From: Laetmonice hystrix
Taxonomy: Eukaryota
Assembly (NCBI GenBank): GCA_965235115.1
Contig: OZ249442.1
Location: 6,944,001-7,008,000, forward strand
Length of the DNA: 64,000 nucleotides
Reading direction: 5' to 3'
The notes under the pieces were generated by a model. That model saw nothing but the letters and a program-made list of their open reading frames with translations, was not told the origin of the DNA and searched no databases. The position numbers and the translations under genes were made by a program. Shown one piece after another: positions 38,700 through 51,282 of the stretch (the first letter of the stretch is position 1; the number at the start of each line of letters is the position of its first letter).

Positions 38700-38940
38700 C
38701 TGAATGAAACAAAAGTATTAACTTTCCTGAAATATAGCTTTAGTGCAAGAGTCATTCATTAAAAACAAAACTAGTCGGCGTGATTGCGCTGACGTCACGC
38801 GGCAGTTCCCAATCACCAGTACCGAGACCTGAGAGTGTCCGCCAACCAGGAAGCTTCATATAGACCCACAGAGATATGATTGGCGATTTGAACAGGTAGA
38901 TGACGCGGTTCTGTGCTGTTTTGCACAGCCTTCCAGAGTC

Positions 38941-39070
38941 NNNNNNNNNNNNNNNNNNNNNNNNNNNNNNNNNNNNNNNNNNNNNNNNNNNNNNNNNNNN
39001 NNNNNNNNNNNNNNNNNNNNNNNNNNNNNNNNNNNNNNNNNNNNNNNNNNNNNNNNNNNNNNNNNNNNNN
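38941..39070. other. Assembly gap (130 N) next to a (GA)n tract
   Basis: Run of N. Confidence 0.99.
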
Positions 39071-39180
39071 AGGGAGAGAGATAGAGAGAGACAGAGAGAA
39101 AGAGAGAGATGAGAATATATGTCTGATGTACAATGAAAGGTTCAATTGCAGAAGTTGTTGGATGGGGACATTTTTCTCTA

Positions 39181-39258
39181 CCAGACTGTAACTGATCAGA
39201 CTGTAACTGATCAGGCTGTAACTGATCAGGCTGTAACTGATCAGACTGTAACTGATAT
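39181..39258. repeat. 15-bp unit x5 (CAGACTGTAACTGAT)
   Basis: Direct repetition. Confidence 0.9.
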
Positions 39259-40364
39259 TAATGGTAGAGAATATTGTACGAAACCATTCACATCACCAGT
39301 CTGAGCTAGCACTCTCTCTTCATGAGGGTCAGTCAATCAGAGCAGGGTAGGCCTACTACCTCACAATGCCTGGAAAATATCTCTTTAACAAAAAGGCAGC
39401 TCTCAGATACAATTGCTGGTACTCCATAGAAGCGTGGACCAGGGCTCATCATGCACGTGCCTCGGGGGCCTCATGTGAGCGTTAGCGGGCTGGTTGCATG
39501 ATAGCAAGGTGGTTGGCGTGGTTTGAGGGCTTCACGCACTGGGCCCAGGTGGTTCACGTGGAAACACCAATACCATCTCGGTGTCCCTGTACGCCTGCCC
39601 AAAAACATGACGTGTCGGTTTACAGTTGGGGGGTCACAGTCCCCCGGTCCGGCCACCTGGCGGGATACGGCATTCTCTCTTTGGTAATGTTATCCATGTT
39701 ATTACGACCACGTGTATGGCGAGCCCTTTAAAAGCCTCCCTCCTTCACCACTCGGCAAGGCGGCTTGGATGATGACATCTGTTAAAAGAAGAAAGGTATT
39801 CTGGTTTCAAAACGAATTTCTGATCCTTGATGTGAACCCATGGATGCCTGGACTCCACATTGTACATAGACTCAGGTTTTCAGCAGTGAAAAAGGGTAAT
39901 TACCCCCACTCTCCTGCATGTATGACGCTGAGACTGCCATTCTGCAGAACACATTTTACCGTTTTTGAGCCGTATTTTTTTACACTCCGCTCAGCGACCT
40001 CTCTGTCCATACTTAAAACGGACAACACACGTTTGTATTGCTCCTTCGTGAAACCTCACATGCATTCCGTGCCCACGACCATTTCATGCCCACGACCATT
40101 TCATGCCCACGACCATTTCAGCCTTTGTTCTCTGTTCGGCATATGGACGTTTTTATGAATAATGCTAGTGCTCATGTTATCGAAGACCTTTGATCCGTTG
40201 GAATCACAGCCAAAAGTTACTTGGCATTGAAGCCTCATGTTTCTTGAACGAGTTGTCAATCTTTGACTCTTGTAAGAAAGAGTTGGATAGAGTTTGTTTT
40301 TTTAAAAAAAGTCTCAAAGGTTAAATCCACTTTTAAAGGCTGCATATATCCTTTGGTCTCTATG

Positions 40365-40700
40365 AGCTCAATGTATTGTTTCTCTATGTAGAGCTCTATG
40401 TATTGTGGGTTAGCCTGTTTTCTATGTAGAGCTCTATGTATTGTGGGTTAGCCTGTTTTCTATGTAGAGCTCTATGTATTGTGGGTTAGCCTGTTTTCTA
40501 TTTAGAGCTCTATCTATTTCTCTATGTAGAACTCGATGTATTATGGGCCAGCCTGTTTTCTATTGTAGAACTCTATGTATTGTGGGTTAGCCTGTTTTCT
40601 ATTGTAGAACTCTATGTATTGTGGGTTAGCCTGTTTTCTATGTAGAGGTCTATCTGTTTCTCTATGTAGAGCTCTATGTATTATGGGTCAGCCTGTTTTC
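40365..40700. repeat. Minisatellite, ~38-bp unit (TTTTCTATGTAGAGCTCTATGTATTGTGGGTTAGCCTG), ~8 degenerate copies
   Basis: Direct repetition. Confidence 0.9.
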
Positions 40701-41194
40701 TCTGCCGTCTGCAGAATTTATAAACGAACCCATTTTATGATTAATGTTTGTCTATAGAGGGTTTAAGTACTTACCAACACAAAGCACAACTTCATGACAA
40801 ACACATACCACTTCTACAGTTTACCGTGACAGCCTACTTATCTGGTTATGATTGTTTGGATATTGAAAAACTTCCCGTCAGTTTCAACCCTTGATAGCTC
40901 CTCAATTATTGTGTCATTTCCTGTACAGCATAGTACACATCAGAAGGAAAATGAAGGATTTATTTGTAATAAATAACTTAAGTAAGTAGGAAACAGCTGT
41001 TGGAAGAGATCCTGCACAGGATAAACCTATAAACTTGCCGGGACTCGGCTGTCGTCTGACGGTGGGATTACAAGTTGTTATCTGATTCCAAGGTATTTAT
41101 TAATTTGTTTCAATGATATCGTGGAGAAACTTACTCCCCGCACCCAGACAACACACGCCACGTATATAGTTGTTCGAATAGGAAGAGAAGGGGT

Positions 41195-41545
41195 GTGTTT
41201 AGGTTGTGTTCAGGTTGTGTTTAGGTTGTGTTAAGGATGTGTTCAGGTTGTGTTCAGGTTGTGTTCAGGTTGTGTTCAGTTTGCGTTCAGGTTGCGTTCA
41301 GGTTGTGTTCAGGTTGTGTTCAGGTTGTAAAGGTTGTGTGTGGGTTATGCAGGTTGTGTTCAGATTGCAAAGGTTGTGTTCAGGTTGCGTTCAGGCTGTA
41401 AAGGTTGTGATTAGGTTGTAAAGGTTGTGTTCAGGTTGTAAAGGTTGTGTTCAGGTTGTAAAGGTTGTGTTCACGTTGTAAAGTTTGTGTAAAGGTTGTG
41501 TGCAGGATATAAAGGTTGTGTTCAGGTTGTAAAGGTTGTGTGCAG
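41195..41545. repeat. 11/20-bp repeat (CAGGTTGTGTT / AAGGTTGTGTTCAGGTTGTA)
   Basis: Direct repetition. Confidence 0.9.
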
Positions 41546-42244
41546 TTTGTAGCATCTACTTTTGGACTCTTGATTATAGTCTGCATGGACTGAGCAGCCT
41601 TTCCCACCTCGTGTTGAGGCTCGACTGTTTCCAGTGGTGCCCTCCGCACTGGGGACTCTCACTGTAAAATATTCATACAGTGTCAGCGTAAATAAGACAT
41701 CACCATAAATATGAATCTGGCCTCGGCATGGTTTGTCATTCTGTGAACCTGAAGTAATTGATAATTTATACTGGCAGTAAGAAAAACGGGGGAGGGGGAC
41801 CATTGAGGATTGCCTGCGTCCACATTTAGTGGAGGGGTATGACATGAAGGGGAGGTGAAGAGGATAATTCTAGAGTGCCATCTCTCTCACATGGAAGGAT
41901 AAAAGGTCGGGCAAGGTTAGGATTTATACCCTGCACGAATTAATGTCATTCCTGTATATCTTGCTAGGTAAATGTCATACCAACTATCAATCCGTCTTGG
42001 CGACAGTTGGGAAGGAAGAGTGAGCTAACAGGAAGAAAATGTCAAATGTAGAAGAGAGCCACCTTGTCACAACGATTCAAACATGGCCACACTCTAATTA
42101 AGCTGAATAGCAGCTGAATAAGTTTACACGTATTAACAAAAGGCGTTTTAAGGTTTTCGTTAGTAGGCCCTAATCGTTGTGGATTATTGAACTGTGATTG
42201 GTAGTAGGTATGATCACGTGACTACGCTAAGGTCTTTCCTTGAG

Positions 42245-43507
42245 GTGACGTGCCGGGTGGGAATAACCGACGATATGACAGCCGGGTATGAATGGCCAGC
42301 CGGGTGTGAATGACCGACGATATGACAGCCGGGTGTGAATGACCGACGATATGACAGCCGGGTGTGAATGACCGACGATCTGACAGCTCGGTGTGAATGA
42401 CCGACGATATGACAGCTGGGTGTGAATGACCGACGATATGACAGCTCGGTGTGAATGACCGACGATATGACAGCTCGGTGTGAATGACCGACGATATGAC
42501 AGCCGGGTGTGAATGACCGACGACATGACAGCCGGGTGTGAATGACCGGCGATATCACAGCCGAGTGTGAATGACCGACGATATTATGACAGGCGGGTGT
42601 GAATGACCGACGATATGACAGCCGGGTGTGAATGACCGACGATATGACAGCCGGGTGTGAATGACCAGCCGGGTGTGAATGACCGACGATATGACAGCCG
42701 GGTGGTGTGAATGACCGACGATATGACAGGCGGGTGTGAATGACCGACGATATGACAGCCGGGTGTGAATGACCGACGATATGACAGCCGGGTGTGAATG
42801 ACCGACGATATGACAGGCGGGTGGTGTGAATGACCGACGATATGACAGCCGGGTGTGAATGACCGACGATATGACAGCCGGGTGTGAATGACCGACGATA
42901 TGACAGGCGGGTGTGAATGACCGACGATATGACAGCCGGGTGTGAATGACCGACGATATGACAGCCGGGTGTGAATGACCGACGATATGACAGCCGGGTG
43001 GTGTGAATGACCGACGATATGACAGGCGGGTGTGAATGACCGACGATATGACAGCCGGGTGTGAATGACCGACGATATGACAGCCGGGTGGTGTGAATGA
43101 CCGACGATATGACAGCCGGGTGTGAATGACCGACGATATGACAGGCGGGTGTGAATGACCGACGATATGACAGCCGGGTGTGAATGACCGACGATATGAC
43201 AGGCGGGTGTGAATGACCGACGATATGACAGCCGGGTGTGAATGACCAGCGGGGTGTGAATGACCAGCGGGGTGTGAATGACCGACGATATGACAGCCGG
43301 GTGTGAATGACCAGCGGGGTGTGAATGACCGACGATATGACAGGCGGGTGTGAATGACCGACGATATGACAGGCGGGTGTGAATGACCGACGATATGACA
43401 GCCGGGTGTGAATGACCAGCGGGGTGTGAATGACCAACGATATGACAGGCGGGTGGTGTGAATGACCGACGATATGACAGGCGGGTGTGAATGACCAACG
43501 ATATGAC
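42245..43507. repeat. Minisatellite, 29-bp unit (CGGGTGTGAATGACCGACGATATGACAGC), ~43 copies
   Basis: Direct repetition. Confidence 0.97.
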
Positions 43508-43562
43508 CCGGCCGCCTAGCCTGACGAAGTTCAATGAAGGCCCTCAGTAGCAACTGATTGCC
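43508..43562 (-). CDS. Candidate exon (GNQLLLRAFIELRQARRP)
   Basis: gctattag| acceptor, G|gtcata donor (non-optimal), phase 0-1. Confidence 0.35.
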
Positions 43563-43752
43563 CTAATAGCGACCAACCAGGACCATCGTTCGCACTGAAT
43601 ATGGATAATCCGTCTAGCTTCACTGTCGTTCAGTATTTCCTGACAGAATAACAGAGAATAACGATAGCAATAGGGTGAAGATTTGTGTCCCAAATAATGG
43701 GATTGTATAATTGTGATGTTGTGTTTATGGTGGACCTTCTTGTATATTTCAG

Positions 43753-43783
43753 ACATTGAAAACCTGAAGGATCCAGAGAGAAG
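43753..43783 (+). CDS. Candidate 31-nt + strand exon (DIENLKDPER)
   Basis: ccttcttgtatatttcag| and AAG|gtatgt, both near consensus. Confidence 0.35.
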
Positions 43784-44837
43784 GTATGTACCATACATAA
43801 TAATTCCCGCTTCCGACGGTTAAACAGTCAGCAGTCATGAATGCATGCACGAGTCGTCATGCTGGATACACCATGCAGTATACCTCCCATTCTGTTTCAA
43901 GGAGTTTTTCAGAGTCAATTACAACTATCAGGTGTCCACTTGGTGTCGAGCGGGTGCCTCCATGTGCAGGGGACAAAGTCAATATACCGATCCGTAGTTG
44001 TAGCAACCGCATAGTTTTAGGGATTTTCATATTTTTGTTATGTGGTTTAGTTTGATAACCTTCGATTTGGATATCAAAAAGAACTAAAATAAAAAATATG
44101 CTGAAGCTAGAGAAATTTAAGAGGCTCTCGCGCAGAGCGAAAGGCTATCTCACTCAACACTGTCGCTATTTGTTGAGAAATGTCTTGATCGAAAGACACT
44201 TTCCACACTTGTCCACACTCGTCGAAACATATCAGTCCGAACAAATGTCAGGAAATTCTGCTTACACTACAGAAAGTCGGTTTTGTGAGAGCATTTATAT
44301 CAATGTGCCAAGTCGACTGACAGTCGTAACCTTTGAAGTAAACACTGTGCATGGATTTATTTGAGGGTGGAGTGTTTATAATGTCAGCCGCCATGATTAA
44401 CAATCGCTCAACTCACATTATTTCTCTCAACTTGGACTCTGAATCTACGTCAAGGGCGTTATTAGAATCTACATCAGAATATTTTTAAGACTGAACGAAT
44501 TTCAAGAATATGTTTAGTTATATTGTAGAGAAGGTGTTTGTTTGGAGAGTAGTATTTAAATCGACAGACGTAGATGTGTGTGCGATATTTGTCAGCCGTT
44601 CAGTTCCAGCGTTACCCGCCCATTGTATAATTGATGTGACTTCTTGTGTATAAAAACGGTTGTTATGATCGAACGGCAGGCCTTTATTGACAGAATTACG
44701 TGGCAGGGACGAGCCCCCCACGATGACGGGTCGTGTCGCCCCAGTCTGGGCTCTGTCAGAGAGGGGGTTACACCCCCGTCTACACACCCTCCATAAATAT
44801 ACACCCTTCACTCAGACCTGCTGATGTATGTCTGTAA

Positions 44838-45824
44838 TAGGGCGTGCAAGTCTCGTGTTCTTGACATGTAACTGAGCAGAAATAGCCTCGAAACGCGTCA
44901 CTTTGGTACCTAAACCATTGTTACGTCATAATTTCTCCATTGGTTTAACATGGGATGGGAAAACACATGCACTTTCAAACATCAACCAGATTTTTGTCAA
45001 CTTTGACATCTAGCCTACAAATGAAAAGTATTCTTTCATACGTAAAGCAGGTTGGTACTCTTTTCTTGTAAGGTACAAAAATGATAGAAATAATAATATT
45101 TAGAAGTTGAGAGTTTCCTGTTCCTATGGGATTCGCAATGCTAAAGTGACGAGATTACGACCACGTCAGGACCAAACTCAATCTGCCATAATGTAGACCT
45201 GATGTAGAGGGGTTCGCTTTTCCCTCTACCACACATGACTTTTTACGGACAGAGGCGGGCCCCTACACGTTTAACCCCATTTTTTCAAAGTCGGCCGTGC
45301 TGTATGGTATCTGTAAAATTTAATTACCTCTAAATCCAAAAATCGAAGGTATACCAAGTGACATTCACCGTGCAAAAGAAATACCTGATGAAATATTGGG
45401 AACTATATGTGCGGAGGGAAATCAGCTAGTCGCAAGTCAGTCGGGGCAATTTCGAGATGATTCGAAATACTTCGGGTGTTTCCGACTAGGTACTTCCGTT
45501 CCAACATGGCGGCTGCAGGTGATTTCTCCAAAGATTTGGATGTTTGTGTGACATCATATTCTGAGAGTCTGCGCCTAAAAAGTAAACAACAAGAGTGCCT
45601 CAGCAAAATCAACGATGGCAAAATCGAGCAGCCACGATTCGAGCTCGGCAATGTTCGGCTGTTCCGGTCGGGGATTTCTAGGTCAGGTCAGGGGTCACTC
45701 AAACGGTAGTAACCAATGTGTGGCAGAGATTGAACGAAGAGAACGATCTCTGTCCGGAGGGGGGACCAAACTCGGCTGTTCTCGGGGTTTCTCATGTTTT
45801 CTCTTGACCCAATTGCACACCCTA
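44838..45824. mobile_element. Non-autonomous TIR element, ~1 kb, inserted into a 38-bp satellite monomer
   Basis: Termini TAGGGCGTGCAA / TTGCACACCCTA (11/12 inverted match); flanks rejoin to the monomer; no 8-bp TSD. Confidence 0.55.
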
Positions 45825-47075
45825 CACCCTTCACTCAGACCTGCTGCTGTATCTGTAATATACATCCTTCACTCAGACCTGCTGCTGTATTTGTAATATA
45901 CATCCTTCACTCAGACCTGCTGCTGTATCTGTAATATACATCCTTCACTCAGACCTGCTGCTGTATCTGTAATATACATCCTTCACTCAGACCTGCTACT
46001 GTATCTGTAATATACACCCTTCACTCAGACCTGCTGCTGTATCTGTAATATACACCCTTCACTCAGACCTGCTGCTGTATCTGTAATATACATCCTTCAC
46101 TCAGACCTACTGCTGTATCTGTAATATACATCCTTCACTCAGACCTGCTACTGTATCTGTAATATACACCCTTCACTCAGACCTGCTGCTGTATCTGTAA
46201 TATACACCCTTCACTCAGACCTGCTGCTGTATCTGTAATATACATCCTTCACTCAGACCTGCTGCTGTATCTGTAATATACACCCTTCACTCAGACCTGC
46301 TGCTGTATCTGTAATATACATCCTTCACTCAGACCTGCTGCTGTATCTGTAATATACACCCTTCACTCAGACCTGCTGCTGTATCTGTAATATACATCCT
46401 TCACTCAGACCTACTGCTGTATCTGTAATATACACCCTTCACTCAGACCTGCTGCTGTATCTGTAATATACACCCTTCACTCAGACCTGCTGCTGTATCT
46501 GTAATATACATCCTTCACTCAGACCTGCTGCTGTATCTGTAATATACATCCTTCACTCAGACCTGCTGCTGTATCTGTAATATACATCCTTCACTCAGAC
46601 CTGCTGCTGTATCTGTAATATACATCCTTCACTCAGACCTGCTGCTGTATCTGTAATATACAACCTTCACTCAGACCTGCTGCTGTATCTGTAATATACA
46701 ACCTTCACTCAGACCTGCTGCTGTATCTGTATATCTGTAAATATACACCCTTCACTCAGACCTGCTGCTGTATCTGTAATATACATCCTTCACTCAGACC
46801 TGCTGCTGTATCTGTAATATACATCCTTCACTCAGACCTACTGCTGTATCTGTAATATACATCCTTCACTCAGACCTGCTGCTGTATCTGTAATATACAT
46901 CCTTCACTCAGACCTGCTGCTGTATCTGTAATATACATCCTTCACTCAGACCTGCTGCTGTATCTGTAATATACATCCTTCACTCAGACCTGCTGCTGTA
47001 TCTGTAATATACATCCTTCACTCAGACCTGCTGCTGTATCTGTAATATACAACCTTCACTCAGACCTGCTGCTGT
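45823..47075. repeat. Minisatellite, 38-bp unit (CCTTCACTCAGACCTGCTGCTGTATCTGTAATATACAT), ~33 copies
   Basis: Direct repetition; orphan diverged monomer at ~44797-44839. Confidence 0.97.
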
Positions 47076-48861
47076 CCTACCTGTAATCTCGGTAATTGCG
47101 GGACCGTTTTAGTAACTATACTGGGCTATAATTGTGAGAGTCTTAATAATCGAATGGTAACCTGAATGGGACAATGCCGTGTTTAGGTCGTCAGACCACA
47201 CCATGAGGAGATGTACGTGTCTGAGCTTGGTTTGTTTGCTGGAAACTGATACCATGCTCGAGAAACATGTGCATATCAAACGGTTGTAGTTAGGCTCCAT
47301 ATAAAATGTAAAGCAGTGACTAGTATTCTAGATATTGGCCACTCCGCCCTGTTGCTCTATTCTTGGCTAAGATTTGTTGTTAAATTCAGGGCGGGGGCAA
47401 ACATAACCTTTGACTTTAAAAGCTCTGTTGAGACCTTCTTTCACTGCCACGCGTGACTTAGAAAAACAAAGCGCCGATTTCTGTCGCCTATTGTAGCGCT
47501 GGGTGGTGGAACTGGGACCACATTGTAACACCATGTACGCGGTGGTTGTGTACGTTATGATGATAACCTTCGTGTCCACGCGCAGGACCACGTGGGGCAG
47601 AATGAGGGTGGGGCTGCAACTCGGCACATATTTCCAGGGGAGAGTTGATTAATTCTGGTGTCCTGCTCAGCTAGCAGGCCCTCAGAGGCCGCCTGCCTGG
47701 CCTTGCGAGTCTTGATGAGAGCCTGGTGGCTGGGTTGGTGTCAGTATTTGTAAATACTGACAGCCATGGCAGTAGCATATGCTGGGCCCGTGCTGGGGGC
47801 CATGTGGTCCGGCAGCGAGCGGCCGGCGGGCCGGGGGAGGTGGTCTGGTGGGGCGGGCTCCGTACGGGAGCCCTGGCCGCGGCGGGAGGCAAAACGCCCT
47901 GAGACACCCCCCCCCCCTCCAACACACACCCACAACCTGCAGGGTCCACAAACCCCGGCCAGTCCAATGTTTGCCACCACAAACCGTCCAGAAACTCAAA
48001 CATGTCTGGTGGTTGTTGACACGAACCGCATGTGTCTTTAGGGCCTCCCGATATTAACGAAATATGTCAATATTATTATGATATGGTTTTAACATTTCGA
48101 CGAAATGCCAATCAATTTGCTGATTGGAACTGAGATAGATCTACAACCGTCGTTTTTAGTCTCCAGGTTAAAGAGTGGAAGGCCAGAGAAACATCGGCGG
48201 GGGTTATGACCTCCTGGGTGCCCTAAATCCTTGATCCTTCTATGGCAATTAGTTATACAGTTTCACAAGGTATTTCTTGCCCTAACAGTGGACAGTCTAT
48301 TCCATTGTCTGCCATTGTCACTCTTATCAAAGAGTTGATTTCAATATAAGATCAAGACTAGTTTTTCCCATCCTGGTGGGAATGATAACAGACAGGTGAG
48401 GGTAGCAGGTGTGACCGGCCCACAACTTGTCTATGACCCTGTCATACCAACCAACATGTTGATGTCAGATAAACAACATGTATGGTAATGAACTTACCTA
48501 CAAGAAACCTATATTGTAAAGACATGCTGGTGCTGAACCCCCCTGACTTTTCACGAATTTCGGGAGAAATGTTGACAGAATGTGTGAAAGGAGGGCGGAG
48601 GTTTGGTCCCCAATGCGTGTACTTGTGTATATATTCCAGAGCAGACCCGAGACGTAGGATAAATGGTATTTGTTATAGGAGAAAGGCTGAACGGTTGTGT
48701 TGAGTGTGTCTGGCTGGTGTAGGGGCCATGTGTATATGGTGTATCCATTGATCACTACCATAAGGTGGGACCCGAGCAGCTGCTGGGCCCGGCTAGAACG
48801 GTTACCGAAAGTACGTCTCCAACCCGCCAGGGCATGGACCTCATCTCCTGACCAATGACTG

Positions 48862-49931
48862 CTCGCTCTGACCCCACGTGACGTGTGACGTCCTGCTCGT
48901 TCTGACCCCACGTGAAGTGTGACGTCCTGCTCGCTCTGACCCCACGTGACGTGTGACGTACTGCTCGTTCTGACCCCACGTGACGTCCTGCTCGCTCTGA
49001 CCCCACGTGACGTGTGACGTACTGCTCGTTCTGACCCCACGTGACGTGTGACGTCCTGCTCGCTCTGACCCCACGTGACGTGTGACGTCCTGCTCGCTCT
49101 GACCCCACGTGACGTCCTGCTCGCTCTGACCCCACGTGACGTGTGACGTCCTGCTCGTTCTGACCCCACGTGACGTGTGACGTCCTGCTCGTTCTGACCC
49201 CACGTGACGTGTGACGTACTACTCGCTCTGACCCCACGTGACGTGTGACGTCCTGCTCGCTCTGACCCCACGTGACGTGTGACGTACTACTCGTTCTGAC
49301 CCCACGTGACGTCCTGCTCGCTCTGACCCCACGTGACGTGTGACGTACTACTCGCTCTGACCCCACGTGACGTGTGACGTACTGCTCGTTCTGACCCCAC
49401 GTGACGTCCTGCTCGCTCTGACCCCACGTGACGTGTGACGTACTGTTCGCTCTGACCCCACGTGACGTGTGACGTACTACTCGCTCTGACCCCACGTGAC
49501 GTGTGACGTCCTGCTCGTTCTGACCCCACGTGACGTGTGACGTACTGTTCGCTCTGACCCCACGTGAAGTGTGACGTACTACTCGCTCTGACCCCACGTG
49601 ACGTGTGACGTACTACTCGCTCTGACCCCACGTGACGTGTGACGTCCTGCTCGTTCTGACCCCACGTGACGTGTGACGTACTGCTCGTTCTGACCCCACG
49701 TGACGTGTGACGTACTGTTCGCTCTGACCCCACGTGACGTGTGACGTACTGCTCCTTCTGACCCCACGTGACGTGTGACGTACTGTTCGTTCTGACCCCA
49801 CGTGACGTGTGACGTACTGCTTGCTCTGACCCCACGTGACGTGTGACGTACTGCTTGCTCTGACCCCACGTGACGTGTGACGTACTGCTCGTTCTGACCC
49901 CACGTGACGTGTGACGTACTGCTCGTTCTGA
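48862..49931. repeat. CpG-rich minisatellite, 34-bp unit (CTGACCCCACGTGACGTGTGACGTACTGCTCGCT) with 27-bp variant, ~33 copies
   Basis: Direct repetition. Confidence 0.96.
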
Positions 49932-49934
49932 CTA

Positions 49935-50415
49935 CAGTCTACATCCATGTCATGGTGTTTGGCAGGCAGTCTACATCGGTGTCATGGTGTTTGGCACGCA
50001 GTGTACATCGGTGTCATGGTGTTTGGCACGCAGTGTACATCGGTGTCATGGTGTTTGGCACGCAGTGTACATCGGTGTCATGGTGTTTGGCAGGCAGTCT
50101 ACATCGGTGTCATGGTGTTTGGCAGGCAGTCTACATCGGTGTCATGGTGTTTGGCACGCAGTGTACAACGGTGTCATGGTGTTTGGCACGCAGTGTACAT
50201 CGGTGTCATGGTGTGTGGCACGCAGTGTACATCGGTGTCATGGTGTTTGTCAGGCAGTCTACATCCGTGTCATGGTGTTTGACAGGCAGTCTACATCGGT
50301 GTCATGGTGTTTGGCAGGCAGTCTACATCGGTGTCATGGTGTTTGGCACGCAGTCTACATCCGTGTCATGGTGTTTGACAGGTAGTCTACATCCGTGTCA
50401 TGGTGTTTGGCAGGC
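49935..50415. repeat. Minisatellite, 32-bp unit (GTGTCATGGTGTTTGGCACGCAGTGTACATCG), ~15 copies
   Basis: Direct repetition abutting the 34-mer. Confidence 0.96.
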
Positions 50416-50934
50416 AAGTACATGTACACACATATGGAATCTATCAAATGCTGCGGCGACTGTACTAAACGTGGTCTGGTGTTTAAGTATAAGTAACTTT
50501 ACATATTGCACACAGTTATTTTCTTGTTCATGAATGTGAGGAAAGTCTCCCTCCCCTAGTTTGTTGTCCCGGAGAAGGTGAACCTTAGAAAACCTTTCTG
50601 AGACATCTTTAGATATTTCAAGTATAGTTGTTGTCAGCAATAATTGTAGGAAGATCCAGCTTTGTATCCGACCCCCCCCCCCCCCTCAATGTATGCGTTA
50701 ATCAGAGTCACCATGTACACTGGGTGCATGTGGTGGGTGGTATGATATACGTCATTGATTGCTGCCCCAGCTCGGCCGGTTTGGGAGACAGTCAATACCA
50801 CCAGTAGAAACCCCCGGCACCTGGGCCCGTGTACCGACAGCTCTGTGCTAACCGGCCCGGGCGGGTTGGGAAACCGCCCAGCTGCCGCCTGCTTACGCCT
50901 CGAGTTTCTGCCTGTTTTACTCGCTGGATTATCC

Positions 50935-51182
50935 NNNNNNNNNNNNNNNNNNNNNNNNNNNNNNNNNNNNNNNNNNNNNNNNNNNNNNNNNNNNNNNNNN
51001 NNNNNNNNNNNNNNNNNNNNNNNNNNNNNNNNNNNNNNNNNNNNNNNNNNNNNNNNNNNNNNNNNNNNNNNNNNNNNNNNNNNNNNNNNNNNNNNNNNNN
51101 NNNNNNNNNNNNNNNNNNNNNNNNNNNNNNNNNNNNNNNNNNNNNNNNNNNNNNNNNNNNNNNNNNNNNNNNNNNNNNNNNN
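50935..51182. other. Assembly gap (248 N)
   Basis: Run of N. Confidence 0.99.
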
Positions 51183-51282
51183 TTATACTCAGAGTCATGT
51201 TTTAACATGTGGCAGTTGCAAAGAAAGAGAGAAAAACCATTAGTTTAAATCATCACCCTTTTTACGTTGCGATATTAAGTTA

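Noticed and set aside
42214-43553. 316-407-aa His/Ser-rich ORFs
   Set aside because: 29-bp unit artefact.
43932-44055. Amnionless/G8-like motif ERVPPCAGDKVNIP on +
   Set aside because: Single short motif, no supporting exons or clear donor.
38813-51248. ORFs spanning runs of X
   Set aside because: They cross assembly gaps.
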